Counted from the stretch's first letter, positions 1-10,502 are shown. The stretch is 32,000 nt of DNA from Microcystis aeruginosa NIES-843 (GCF_000010625.1 NC_010296.1:60001-92000); one strand, 5' to 3'. Translations and numbers: made by a program. The notes: generated from the sequence alone by a model not told the origin.

Positions 1-1065
1 GCCGGCGATCGAGAAATTGCCGCTTGGTTACGACAGCAAAATGTCCCGATACTTTTGGCCGTCAATAAATGTGAATCGGTGGAACAGGGTATCCTGCAAG
101 CGACGGAATTCTGGGAATTAGCCATCGGTGAACCCTTCCCCATCTCGGCCATTCACGGCTCTGGTACAGGCGAACTACTCGATGCGGTGATTAAATATTT
201 GCCACCTGCGGCGGAAATTCCCGAAAATGAAGAGATTAAAGTGGCAATTATCGGTCGTCCTAACGTGGGTAAATCCAGTCTCCTCAATGCTTTAACCGGA
301 CAACAACGGGCGATCGTTAGTCCGATTTCGGGAACCACCAGAGACTCGATCGATACTTTAATTGAACGAGAAGGACAGGTTTATCGGTTAATTGACACCG
401 CTGGCATTCGCCGTAAGAAGAATGTGGACTATGGAGCCGAATTTTTCAGTATTAACCGTGCTTTTAAGGCCATTCGCCGGTCTGACGTGGTACTATTCGT
501 CATCGATGTGCTAGATGGTGTCACCGAACAGGATTTAAAATTGGCGGGACGAATTATTGAAGAAGGGCGCGCGGTGGTGCTAGTGGTCAATAAATGGGAT
601 GCGGTGGAGAAAGACACCTACACCATCAATACTTACACCAAAATGCTCCAAGATCGGCTGTATTTTATGGATTGGGCAGAAATGATCTTTGTCAGCGCCA
701 TGACGGGGCAAAGAGTCACCAAAATCCTCGAATTAGTCGATATTGCCGCCGAATCTCACCGTCGTCGCGTCAGTACCTCGGTAATCAACGATGTGATCGA
801 AGAGGCGGTGAAGTGGCACAATCCCCCCACCACCAGGGGCGGAAAACAGGGGAAACTATACTATGGCACGCAAGTATCGAGTCAACCCCCCACGATCGCC
901 CTTTTCGTTAACGATCCCCAGCGCTTTAATGATAACTATCGCCGTTACATCGAAGGGCAATTCCGGCAACAGTTAGGCTTTAAAGGAACCCCGATCCGCT
1001 TAATCTGGCGCGGCAAACCGGCGCGAGAAGTGGAAAAAACGGTTAATAGAGCCACCAAGGTCTAA
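1..1065 (+). CDS. der: Ribosome-associated GTPase Der/EngA, 5' end cut by window edge
   Basis: Frame 1 is open from base 1 ([26 protein letters not shown], the NKxx G4 motif of GTPase domain 1). The second GTPase domain has GRPNVGKSS (P-loop), DTAG and NKWD, followed by a KH-like C-terminal domain. Stop TAA at 1063-1065. Confidence 0.9.
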   Translation, partial: AGDREIAAWLRQQNVPILLAVNKCESVEQGILQATEFWELAIGEPFPISAIHGSGTGELLDAVIKYLPPAAEIPENEEIKVAIIGRPNVGKSSLLNALTGQQRAIVSPISGTTRDSIDTLIEREGQVYRLIDTAGIRRKKNVDYGAEFFSINRAFKAIRRSDVVLFVIDVLDGVTEQDLKLAGRIIEEGRAVVLVVNKWDAVEKDTYTINTYTKMLQDRLYFMDWAEMIFVSAMTGQRVTKILELVDIAAESHRRRVSTSVINDVIEEAVKWHNPPTTRGGKQGKLYYGTQVSSQPPTIALFVNDPQRFNDNYRRYIEGQFRQQLGFKGTPIRLIWRGKPAREVEKTVNRATKV

Positions 1066-1068
1066 TTT

Positions 1069-1944
1069 ATGGATTTATTGCGAAGTTTGCCCATCGGTCT
1101 TTATCTCGATCAACCGATTACCCGACTACATCAACTAGATGCCCGGGTAAAATTTATCTGGTTAATGGCTTTTTTAGCAGCACCTTTATTAGCTAATCCT
1201 TGGTGGCGTTTAGCTTTGGTGGGATTGTTAATGTTTTTAACCCTGTTAGCTCCTATTCCCCCCCGCGTCTGGCGGCAACAGATGGGCTGGCTGATATTTT
1301 TAGCGATTATCGTCTTTCTGATTACTGCTATCACTCCCGATGGTTTAGCGGTGAGTATTCAGCCGCGTTTACCGGATGAAGGGCTGAATTTACCGCCAGC
1401 AAGTGATTATCAGTATGTTTTATGGGATAGAGGTCGTTTATTTGTTACCCGACGTTCTTTGGAATTAGCAGTGAGAATTAGTACCTTAGTTTTTACTTTA
1501 ATTTATAGCACTAATCTCTTTTTATTGACGACGGCCCCGGAAGAAATTACCGAAGGTTTAGAGAATTTAATGAGTCCTTTACGGCGATTTAATGTGCCGG
1601 TGACGGAAATTTCTCTGACTCTGACCCTCTCTTTGCGCTTTATTCCCCTGGTTTTAGAAGAAGTGCAAAATCTAGCTAGGGCAGTGAGAACTAGGGCGAT
1701 CGATTGGCAAAAATTAGGGATTAAAAAGAGTTTAAACGTCTGGTTAACAGTAGTGGAAAAATTCCTAGATAATTTGCTTTTGCGCGCCGAACAAATAGCG
1801 ATCGCTATGGAGGTTCGCGGTTTTACCAGTCCCAATCAGCATCAAGTACGCTGGCACCAATTACAGTTAAGATGGGCTGATTTGATCGCTTTATTTTTGT
1901 TAATTCCCTTTTGGGCAGCCCGATTAGTTTGGGGGGGTTTATAG
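1069..1944 (+). CDS. ecfT: Energy-coupling factor transporter transmembrane subunit (EcfT/CbiQ family)
   Basis: 291-aa polytopic membrane protein with CbiQ/EcfT-like layout. ATG lies 3 nt after the der stop. Confidence 0.7.
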   Translation: MDLLRSLPIGLYLDQPITRLHQLDARVKFIWLMAFLAAPLLANPWWRLALVGLLMFLTLLAPIPPRVWRQQMGWLIFLAIIVFLITAITPDGLAVSIQPRLPDEGLNLPPASDYQYVLWDRGRLFVTRRSLELAVRISTLVFTLIYSTNLFLLTTAPEEITEGLENLMSPLRRFNVPVTEISLTLTLSLRFIPLVLEEVQNLARAVRTRAIDWQKLGIKKSLNVWLTVVEKFLDNLLLRAEQIAIAMEVRGFTSPNQHQVRWHQLQLRWADLIALFLLIPFWAARLVWGGL

Positions 1945-1975
1945 CAGTTATCAGTTATCAGTTATCAGTTATCAG
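1945..1975. repeat. Heptanucleotide tandem array CAGTTAT x4
   Basis: Read directly: cagttatcagttatcagttatcagttatcag, immediately after the ecfT stop. Confidence 0.95.
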
Positions 1976-2026
1976 ATTTGAGTTTTAAGTGTGCAGTATT
2001 AAATAGAAGTTTCCTACTGTCTTTGC

Positions 2027-2067
2027 ACTGATTACTGATTACTGTTTACTGATTACTGTTTACTGTT
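2027..2067. repeat. Heptanucleotide tandem array ACTG(A/T)TT, about 6 units
   Basis: Read directly: actgattactgattactgtttactgattactgtttactg. It is roughly the reverse complement of the 1945-1975 array (about 1 mismatch per unit). Confidence 0.9.
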
Positions 2068-2358
2068 CACAGCAAAAAACTCCCCACACCCTACACCCAG
2101 CCTAGACTTTAACTGCGTTGTCACCCCTTCAGGGTGCGGATGTTGACGGCAATGTTGTGGAATTTATAACCGAGGAACCCTTCGCGCCTCCGGGAGGAGT
2201 AGTAATTAGGGTCTGCTGAATAAATCTAAAAACTTTGTTGGATAAGACTTTTGGACTTTTTTCCCCTCAAAAAGTGCCAGCCATTGCGGGGATCGGGGGG
2301 AAATTCAGGGACTTTTTCCCTGAAAATTAGGTAGTTGACCACCTGAAAATCGATAAAA

Positions 2359-2389
2359 CCCCACACCCCACACCCCACACCCCACACCC
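2359..2389. repeat. Heptanucleotide tandem array CCCCACA x4
   Basis: Read directly: ccccacaccccacaccccacaccccacaccc. Confidence 0.95.
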
Positions 2390-2657
2390 TGCCCCCAGGA
2401 AAAGCTTTTTGCCGCAAACCCTAATTATCCCTCTGTGCTGCCCCAGGAGACTCCTTCCACAGAATCAATGCCACTGGCTGCTTGCCACACTAAATGGTTA
2501 CATACGCTACATAATCTGTTACCATTTGCATACGGCGATTCTTCTGTCCGTTTTGTACCGATAACTCCTTATTGGATAAGCCTTTCCACTTAGAAGATGT
2601 ACCAGACTGAGCCTGAATCTGCCGTATGTATAGAATTGTTGATTGGGAATTTTTATT

Positions 2658-5234
2658 ATGACATTGCAGGAAGGCACTTACATCTGGGAATACGGCGACA
2701 CCACCCAGGCTCTCTGGTTCACCGCTTCTTACAACACAGTCACAAATCAATGGACTGTTGATATGAAGAAGGGGTCAATGGACCTCAACGCATTCTGGTG
2801 GTCGAATGGCGATAGCAACGCGGATGGCAATATAGTTCTTTCCAAGGCTGACAACAGTCTCAATATGAATGGGACTGGTATCGTCTGGGATGGATACGAC
2901 AAGATTTCCGATACGGGGTTAACGGGAACGGAGCATAATGGCAGCAGTCTTCTTACTGCGGGTAATACCTATACTTACAGCTACAGCAAGGATCAAGGGG
3001 TAGAGATCGAAGCGCTCTTGGCGGGGGGTGTTACGACTCTTGGTGTCAGAGCCACAAGCGTCAACGGCACCGACGGTATCAAGGCGGTAGATGGACAATA
3101 TGTTTTCGTTCCCTACGATACAACTCCACCTACAGTGACAGTCAATATCGTTGATGCTTCCTTGAACGATGGCGATAACAATTCTCTCGTCACCTTCCAG
3201 TTCAGCGAAACCGTCAGCGGCTTCACGGTCGGTGATGTGAGCGTCAGCGGCGGAACACTGAGCAACTTCACCCAGGTGGATGGCAACAGCTACCAGGCCA
3301 CCTTCACGGCCGACGATGCTGTGGAAACCACCGGCTCGGTGTCCGTGGCAGCGGCCAGCTACAGCGACGTGGCAGGCAACCAGGGCGGAGCGGGTACGGA
3401 CACGGTGACGATTGATACCAAAAATCCGACCCTTGCAGTCGATATTGTTGATGCTTCCTTGAACGATGGCGATAACAATTCTCTGGTCAGCTTTGAGTTC
3501 AGCGAAGATGTCGCCGGTTTTGACAACAGTGATGTGAGCGTCAGCGGTGGAACCCTGAGCGACTTCACCCAAGTGGATGGCAACAGCTACCAGGCCACCT
3601 TCACGGCCGACGATGCTGTGGAAACCACCGGCTCGGTGTCCGTGGCAGCGGCCAGCTACAGCGACGTGGCGGGCAACGATGGCGGAGCGGGTACGGACAC
3701 GGTGACGATTGATACCAAAAATCCGACCCTTGCAGTCGATATTGTTGATGCTTCCTTGAACGATGGCGATAACAATTCTCTGGTCAGCTTTGAGTTCAGC
3801 GAAGATGTCGCCGGTTTTGACAACAGTGATGTGAGCGTCAGCGGTGGAACCCTGAGCGACTTCACCCAAGTGGATGGCAACAGCTATACGGCCATCTTCA
3901 CGGCCGACGATGCTGTGGAAACCACCGGCTCGGTGTCCGTGGCAGCGGCCAGCTACAGCGACGTGGCGGGCAACGATGGCGGAGCGGGTACGGACACGGT
4001 GACGATTGATACCAAAAATCCGACCCTTGCAGTCGATATTGTTGATGCTTCCTTGAACGATGGCGATAACAATTCTCTGGTCAGCTTTGAGTTCAGCGAA
4101 GATGTCGCCGGTTTTGACAACAGTGATGTGAGCGTCAGCGGTGGAACCCTGAGCGACTTCACCCAAGTGGATGGCAACAGCTACCAGGCCACCTTCACGG
4201 CCGACGATGCTGTGGAAACCACCGGCTCGGTGTCCGTGGCAGCCGATAGCTACAGCGACGTGGCAGGTAACAATGGTGGAGCGGGTACGGATACGGTGAC
4301 GATTGACACGCTTAATCCGACCGTGGGCATCACCTTCGACAACTCACCGCTCACTGGCCAGAACTTTAGCACTACGATCACCTTCCAGTTCAGCGAAGCC
4401 GTAAGCGGTTTCGCCGCCAGCGATGTGACCCTGACCAACGGGGTGCTGAGCAACTTCACCGGCAGCGGCAGCAGCTACACCGCCACCTTCATCGCCACCA
4501 ACTTCCAGTCGCCAACGGGAACAGTGGCGGTGTCCAACGACTATTTCGATACCCCTGGCAACCAGGGTGCTGCCAATTCGGCCAACATCGCCATGACCGT
4601 GGGCGGCGGTCCTGACCCGAATGATGGGCCGTCTGGAGGCGGCAGTGTGATTGGCTCAGGTACAATTGGCGCGGATTCCATCACCGGATCAACCGGTGAC
4701 GACAACCTTAGCGGCCTCGACGGCAACGACACCATCAATGGCGGCGACGGCAACGACACCATCAACGGCGGCACTGGCGCCGACATTATCAGCGGCGGCA
4801 CCGGCAACGACAACATCATCGGACTCGGCGGCTTTGATCTGATCTACGGCGGATCCGGCAATGATACCATCAATGGTAGTAATGGTATTGACACCATCGT
4901 CGGCGGGTTCGGCAACGATTCCCTCACCGGTGGCGGCGGCGACACCTTCCGGTTTCTGAGCATCTACGACCAGCAGGATGTGATCACCGGTTTCAACGAC
5001 ACCATCGTGTTCGATATAACCGGTGCCAGCGCCTTCACGTCCTTGGGTAGCGGGGCTTTGGGAACCACAACCTACACCGGTGCAATTGCCGGCGGTTACC
5101 TCACCTACAGCGGTGGGGTACTCTCCTACGATGCCGATGGTTCCGCGGGATCAACCTTCAGTCCGTTGGCGATCGTCACGTTGACCGGCTCTCCCACCCT
5201 CTCCAACACCAACGTACTGTTCCAGAACCTCTAG
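2658..5234 (+). CDS. RTX-type secreted repeat protein: unknown N-terminal domain, 5 bacterial Ig-like repeats, hemolysin-type Ca-binding nonapeptide repeats, C-terminal tail (probable T1SS substrate)
   Basis: The ORF track starts at TTG 2643; an in-frame ATG at 2658 is preferred. There are five ~99-aa repeats (TxNPTLAVDIVDASLNDGDNNSLVSFEFSEDVAGF...SYSDVAGN). GGxGxD nonapeptides (GDDNLSGLDGNDTINGGDGNDTINGGTGADIISGGTGNDNI...) lie at about nt 4670-4950. No N-terminal signal peptide is visible. Confidence 0.85.
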   Translation: MTLQEGTYIWEYGDTTQALWFTASYNTVTNQWTVDMKKGSMDLNAFWWSNGDSNADGNIVLSKADNSLNMNGTGIVWDGYDKISDTGLTGTEHNGSSLLTAGNTYTYSYSKDQGVEIEALLAGGVTTLGVRATSVNGTDGIKAVDGQYVFVPYDTTPPTVTVNIVDASLNDGDNNSLVTFQFSETVSGFTVGDVSVSGGTLSNFTQVDGNSYQATFTADDAVETTGSVSVAAASYSDVAGNQGGAGTDTVTIDTKNPTLAVDIVDASLNDGDNNSLVSFEFSEDVAGFDNSDVSVSGGTLSDFTQVDGNSYQATFTADDAVETTGSVSVAAASYSDVAGNDGGAGTDTVTIDTKNPTLAVDIVDASLNDGDNNSLVSFEFSEDVAGFDNSDVSVSGGTLSDFTQVDGNSYTAIFTADDAVETTGSVSVAAASYSDVAGNDGGAGTDTVTIDTKNPTLAVDIVDASLNDGDNNSLVSFEFSEDVAGFDNSDVSVSGGTLSDFTQVDGNSYQATFTADDAVETTGSVSVAADSYSDVAGNNGGAGTDTVTIDTLNPTVGITFDNSPLTGQNFSTTITFQFSEAVSGFAASDVTLTNGVLSNFTGSGSSYTATFIATNFQSPTGTVAVSNDYFDTPGNQGAANSANIAMTVGGGPDPNDGPSGGGSVIGSGTIGADSITGSTGDDNLSGLDGNDTINGGDGNDTINGGTGADIISGGTGNDNIIGLGGFDLIYGGSGNDTINGSNGIDTIVGGFGNDSLTGGGGDTFRFLSIYDQQDVITGFNDTIVFDITGASAFTSLGSGALGTTTYTGAIAGGYLTYSGGVLSYDADGSAGSTFSPLAIVTLTGSPTLSNTNVLFQNL
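3121..4308 (+). repeat. 297-bp tandem coding repeat x4 (units 2-4 nearly identical), plus a degenerate 5th unit to ~4600
   Basis: The marker gttgatgcttcc recurs at 3150, 3447, 3744 and 4041, an exact 297-bp period. The antisense ORFs 3359-3583, 3656-3880 and 3953-4177 repeat with the same spacing. Confidence 0.95.
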
Positions 5235-5471
5235 CCCAAGCAGGCATTCCCCGCCTTATTTCTCCGGCCCCTGCTGGCCATTATTGCGGGGAATGTTCTT
5301 AACTTCTTCTGCTCTGCACCTGCTTACCGGCTCTGGTTTTGAGCCAGTCCGTAGCGATTGTCTTAAAAGTCAAGGGGAATAAAGAAAATCTTTTGTACCC
5401 CAAATAGGCAAGACAAAGTAACGGCACCAGTCATCCGTTTTGTCAGCGATGAAATTGTTCGGAAAACTGGA

Positions 5472-6408
<937 letters not shown>

Positions 6409-6650
6409 CGTTTATGCTGGGGTTAAGTTATTTTGTCCCTTTGGTAACTCGTCCTTGCGAATACGAGGTTAATCCTCCAGCGATTGTTCGAGCTTGTCTC
6501 ATCGGGATGACGGCGTGGCTCCGGTGGCTACCCAACGGTGTCAAGCACCTCGGTTGAACTGGATGTCCACGCCCTTTTTCAGAATATAGGCACCCAAGCT
6601 ACAAAGCGGTATTTTTTACCTAGGTTGGGACGGGTTGCCTACTTCTCAAG
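6409..6650 (-). ncRNA. Candidate IS110 non-coding end (possible bridge-RNA locus); extent uncertain
   Basis: About 240-280 bp of non-coding sequence lies 5' of the transposase ATG. A 7-bp stem, GGCGTGG (6512-6518) with CCACGCC (6567-6573), encloses 48 nt. The assignment rests only on the known placement of bridge RNAs in IS110-group elements. Confidence 0.25.
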
Positions 6651-6681
6651 ATACAAGCGACTGTATCGCCAGTTCGTTCAT

Positions 6682-7036
6682 CGGAAATTTTGGGTCTGAA
6701 ACCCCGCCGTTCTAGGTTGGCTTTACGTTAGAATTAAAAGGCCAGTCTCGAAAACCAAGTGGACGGCGCAGCACCTTGAAAACTCGGCTTAGGGGGTTCC
6801 GACCAGAAAAGCTTGGCCGGGTAAAAAGTCGCGCGCAACAAGTACAAGAAGCTATAGGCGGTCAACGTACCGTGGGACACACGGAATCGGGCTTCTGAAA
6901 TGGGGCGAAAGTCTGTGGACTCTGTGTAAGACAGTACATGGTTTTTTAACTGTGGTATGCGACGGTGGTGGAAGCAGAAACTTAAATCGTGAGGTTTAGG
7001 AATCGCCGCACTTTTAGGGCGGCGAGGATGTCAACA
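6682..7036 (+). mobile_element. tnpB-less IS200/IS605-type miniature element (E1) with omega-RNA-like 3' scaffold
   Basis: It starts CGGAAATTTTGGGTCTGAAACCCCG and ends GGAATCGCCGCACTTTTAGGGCGGCGAGGATGTCAACA. It is collinear with E2 (14289-14650) and shares 3' motifs with the tnpB 3' end at 30892-31045. Confidence 0.55.
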
Positions 7037-7163
7037 GGTTCGGTTTCACCGTCCCGTTAACGTAGTCGCCAGCTTCCGCAAACGCTTTCAGTGTCGCCTC
7101 GATAGCGGCGACCTGTTCGGGTGTTACCTGGAGTTGGCAAGATACGGTCAGGACTTGTTTCAT
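7037..7163 (-). pseudogene. 5' stub of a TnpB-like gene (first ~42 codons), truncated at the E1 right end
   Basis: The minus-strand ATG at 7163 gives MKQVLTVSCQLQVTPEQVAAIEATLKAFAEAGDYVNGTVKPNL. This matches the typical N-terminal pattern of IS605/IS607-type OrfB/TnpB proteins as I recall it. The reading frame runs straight into E1 sequence at 7036. Confidence 0.4.
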
Positions 7164-7213
7164 CCCCTCATTAATAATAGACCTCTTGTAAAAATCAAAA
7201 ATTGTTGTTAGGG

Positions 7214-7248
7214 TTAGGAGTCAGGAGTCAGTAGTCAGTAGTCAGGAG
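7214..7248. repeat. Heptanucleotide array T(T/C)AG(G/T)AG x5
   Basis: Read directly: ttaggagtcaggagtcagtagtcagtagtcaggag. Confidence 0.9.
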
Positions 7249-7538
7249 AATTAAGAATGAATAATAATCAATTAAACGGTCTATTTCCAGATTTTATGTA
7301 ATTTAATCCTTGTTTTTGCCGTTTTTGAATCCTCAAAAATTAATTATGCAAGAGGTTTAATCAATACATGAGGATTTTGAGGAAGATGCAAGAATTTATT
7401 GGCGATTTTTGGGGCATCGAACCCCTCAAAGCCGAACAGTAGGGACTCACGCGGTTTCGTTGAGAAAATTGTCGGAAAAGAGATATTAGCTCAGAAAGCG
7501 ATTATACTCAATGATCGAAGACTATTGGCCGGCGATCG

Positions 7539-8150
7539 ATGAACCAAGACAACGAGATTAGTCACTTACTAGACCTCATGCCTGCTTCGGGACGGATGAT
7601 GACGCGCATTGTCAGCAAACCCGAAAGCACCAAGGTAATCGAAACTAATTTTCCCCTGCCCTGGCAAAGAGGAGTCAGACCGATTCAAATTAATTTTGAC
7701 CTCTGGCGGCAATTATCAAGACCCCAACGGGATCTAGTCTTGTTAAGGGCCGTCTCTGTTTTAACGGCAGTAAAATGGTTTAAACCCGATCTCGATCGAT
7801 TAATTGCTCTGGCTGGTATGATCGGTTTAACCGTGGAAACCCTGCAAACCGATGCCGTCGGTATGGCAGTAGCGGGGGGTTTAACTGCCTTGGCAATTAA
7901 CCGGATTTGGCGAGAAAAACGCAGCCCCCAACGGGAATTAGACGCGGATGAAGCGGCCCTAAAAGTGGCTGTTAGACGCGGTTACACGGAAACCGAGGCC
8001 GCTAAGGGTTTATTATCGGCTATTGAGACTATAGCTGAAATTGAGGGGCGATCGAGTCTCAATTTTAACGAGTTATTGCGCTGTCAAAATCTGAAAAAAT
8101 TAGCCAATCTCTCCTTTGTTGGTGTTCCCGATCAGGTGAGACAATCTTAA
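7539..8150 (+). CDS. Conserved cyanobacterial hypothetical protein (DUF3318-like)
   Basis: 203-aa ORF. The LLDLMPASGRM...FPLPW...INFDLW..L..PQRDLVLLRAV pattern is recalled from the DUF3318 family and was not verified by search. Confidence 0.55.
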   Translation: MNQDNEISHLLDLMPASGRMMTRIVSKPESTKVIETNFPLPWQRGVRPIQINFDLWRQLSRPQRDLVLLRAVSVLTAVKWFKPDLDRLIALAGMIGLTVETLQTDAVGMAVAGGLTALAINRIWREKRSPQRELDADEAALKVAVRRGYTETEAAKGLLSAIETIAEIEGRSSLNFNELLRCQNLKKLANLSFVGVPDQVRQS

Positions 8151-8182
8151 GGTCAGTTGTTTTGGCTATCAGCTTTCTTTTT

Positions 8183-8210
8183 ACTGATTACTGATCACTG
8201 ATCAATGATC
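8183..8210. repeat. Heptanucleotide array A(C/A)TGAT(T/C) x4
   Basis: Read directly: actgattactgatcactgatcaatgatc. Confidence 0.9.
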
Positions 8211-8265
8211 GCTTAAATCCCTAACCTTAAAATAACTACTATAAAAATATTTTTCCCCTTGCTCA

Positions 8266-10377
8266 ATGGCTGCAATTGACTCTTTAGAAAAAGCCTTAAA
8301 ATATCACTTTGGCTACGATCAATTTCGACCGAATCAACGCCAAATAATTGAGGCTGCTTTAAATAATCAGGATTTATTAGTAATTATGCCCACTGGAGGC
8401 GGTAAATCTCTCTGTTTTCAGCTACCCGCTTTAATCAAAAAAGGGGTGACGGTGGTGGTTTCTCCCTTAATTGCTTTAATGCAGGATCAAGTAACTGCTT
8501 TAGCTGATAATGGCATCGGGGCAACATTTCTCAATAGCACTTTAAACGCTAAACAAGTCAGAGAAAGAGAATCTTTAATCCTGCAAGGAAAAATTAAACT
8601 GTTATATGTCGCCCCAGAAAGATTATTATCGCCTAGTTTTTTAGACTTTTTAGCTGTTATTGATAATTACCTCGGTTTAGCCTGTTTAGCAGTGGATGAA
8701 GCTCACTGTGTCTCCGATTGGGGTCATGATTTCCGCCCTGAATATCGACAAATTAAACAAGTTCGTCAACGCTTTCCCTCCGTGCCAATTCTGGCTTTAA
8801 CTGCCACCGCTACCCAACAGGTTAGAGAAGATATTATCCAACAATTAGGATTGCGAGATACTTCCATTCATATTGCTAGTTTTAATCGTCCTAATCTTTA
8901 TTATGAAGTTCAACCTAAAACCAGTAAATCTTATCAGCAATTGTATCAATATATTAAAGGACAAAAAGGAGCAGGAATAGTTTACTGTATCAGCCGCAAA
9001 ACCGTCGATAAAGTTGCTGAACAGTTGCAAAAAGATGGTATTAATGCCCTACCCTATCACGCGGGTATGGAGGATCGGGAAAGAAGTAACAATCAAACCC
9101 GTTTTATTCGGGATGATGTGCAGATTATGGTGGCAACAATTGCCTTCGGTATGGGGATTAATAAACCGGATGTACGCTTTGTCATTCATTACGATTTACC
9201 CCGCAATTTAGAGGGATATTATCAAGAATCGGGCCGCGCGGGTAGGGACGGAGAACCAGCTAAATGTACACTCTTTTTTAGCTTTGCAGATGCCAGAAAA
9301 ATTGAGTATTTTATTAACCAAAAAACCGAGCAAAATGAACAACAGAAAGCTCGTCAACAATTGCGACAGGTGTTAGATTATGCTGAAGGGACTGAATGTA
9401 GAAGATCGCGCGTACTAGGTTACTTTGGAGAAAGTTTTGCGGGTAACTGTGGTAACTGTGATAACTGTCGGAATGGTACAAATAACCAGGATTGGACAAT
9501 CGAGGCACAAAAATTTTTATCCTGTGTGGCGCGGACGGGACAAAAATTCGGTATGATGCACATAATCAACGTACTCAGGGGAGGAAAAGGTGAAAGAATC
9601 ACCCAATATCAACACCATTTATTATCTACTTATGGCATCGGTAAAGATAAAACTGTGGAGGAGTGGAAACGTTTAAGTCGTTCCCTTGTCCAGCAAAATA
9701 TATTAGTAGAAACTGAAGACGATTTTAGAATCTTGAAACTTAATCAACACAGTTGGGAAGTGATGCGGAAACAACGTTCCGTGTTTATTGCCGTCCCCCA
9801 AAAAGCTAACGGTCAAATCGTGGGAGACGACAATCCCAATATGGTGGAAAGTGATTTATTATTCGAGCGCTTGCGGCAACTGCGGAAAAAAATTGCCGAT
9901 AGTCAAGGGGTTCCTCCCTACGTTATTTTCCATGATTCTAGTCTACGTTTGATGGCCCAATCGAAACCCCGGAATTTGGGGCAGTTTCGTCAAATTTCTG
10001 GAGTAGTACACAGTAAAGTACAACAGTATGGGGATATATTTATAGCGGCAATTAATGATTTTTGTCAGGATAGTCTTCCCTCTACTCAATTCCTCACTCT
10101 CCAATACTATCAAGATGGGTTGAATGCGGAAGAAATCGCTCGCAAAAGAAGCTTAAAAGTCTCAACCATCTATGAACATTTAGCTAAATTGCTGGAAGCG
10201 GGTTACGAAATTGATATTAATCAGTTAGTCTCTAAAAATAAACAGGAATATATTCGTTTAGTGATCAAAAAATTGGGCGATCAATCCCTGAAAACTCTCA
10301 AAGAAAATCTGGGAGATAATTATAGTTATGAGGAAATTAAATTAGTTGTTGCTTGGCAAAGACGACCCCGGCAATAA
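8266..10377 (+). CDS. recQ: ATP-dependent DNA helicase RecQ
   Basis: Motifs present: FGYDQFRPNQ, PTGGGKS (Walker A), DEAHC (DEAH box) and the Zn-binding CRR/CGNCDNC motif. These are followed by RQC, HRDC and a C-terminal HTH-like extension. Confidence 0.95.
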   Translation: MAAIDSLEKALKYHFGYDQFRPNQRQIIEAALNNQDLLVIMPTGGGKSLCFQLPALIKKGVTVVVSPLIALMQDQVTALADNGIGATFLNSTLNAKQVRERESLILQGKIKLLYVAPERLLSPSFLDFLAVIDNYLGLACLAVDEAHCVSDWGHDFRPEYRQIKQVRQRFPSVPILALTATATQQVREDIIQQLGLRDTSIHIASFNRPNLYYEVQPKTSKSYQQLYQYIKGQKGAGIVYCISRKTVDKVAEQLQKDGINALPYHAGMEDRERSNNQTRFIRDDVQIMVATIAFGMGINKPDVRFVIHYDLPRNLEGYYQESGRAGRDGEPAKCTLFFSFADARKIEYFINQKTEQNEQQKARQQLRQVLDYAEGTECRRSRVLGYFGESFAGNCGNCDNCRNGTNNQDWTIEAQKFLSCVARTGQKFGMMHIINVLRGGKGERITQYQHHLLSTYGIGKDKTVEEWKRLSRSLVQQNILVETEDDFRILKLNQHSWEVMRKQRSVFIAVPQKANGQIVGDDNPNMVESDLLFERLRQLRKKIADSQGVPPYVIFHDSSLRLMAQSKPRNLGQFRQISGVVHSKVQQYGDIFIAAINDFCQDSLPSTQFLTLQYYQDGLNAEEIARKRSLKVSTIYEHLAKLLEAGYEIDINQLVSKNKQEYIRLVIKKLGDQSLKTLKENLGDNYSYEEIKLVVAWQRRPRQ

Positions 10378-10502
10378 GGCCAGAGGAACTCTTTTGATGC
10401 AACCCTCCACTTTACAGGCAATAGGCAATAAATAATCAGTTTTTAATAACCGGATTTAGTATTACAACCAGTGGGTTAATCCGCTCAAAAATTGCTTTTT
10501 CT

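Noticed and set aside
153-911. Short ORFs overlapping der (153-338, 429-617, 594-911), and similar nested ORFs inside ecfT, recQ, atpD, atpC, hoxF and the giant gene.
   Set aside because: All are fully contained within strongly supported genes in other frames and have no motifs of their own.
2122-2147. A third omega-RNA/right-end-like motif (CACCCCTTCAGGGTGCGGATGTTGAC).
   Set aside because: It has only a short hairpin plus a partial match to the GAGGATGTCAAC terminus. None of the upstream scaffold blocks shared by E1, E2 and tnpB are present, so the resemblance is probably chance.
2226-2750. Minus-strand ORFs 2226-2417 and 2490-2750 upstream of the RTX gene.
   Set aside because: The first is read through the CCCCACA heptamer array (the WGVGCGVWG translation). 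The second overlaps the RTX gene start and has no recognisable features. Both are likely non-coding promoter or leader sequence.
2919-4166. A 415-aa antisense ORF, and the 74-aa antisense ORFs at 3359-3583, 3656-3880, 3953-4177 and 4250-4459.
   Set aside because: They lie opposite the GC-rich RTX/Ig-repeat gene and repeat with its 297-bp period. Their translations are low-complexity (R/A/G/H-rich), while the sense frame shows clear domain repeats. They are open-frame artefacts of GC-rich repetitive sequence.
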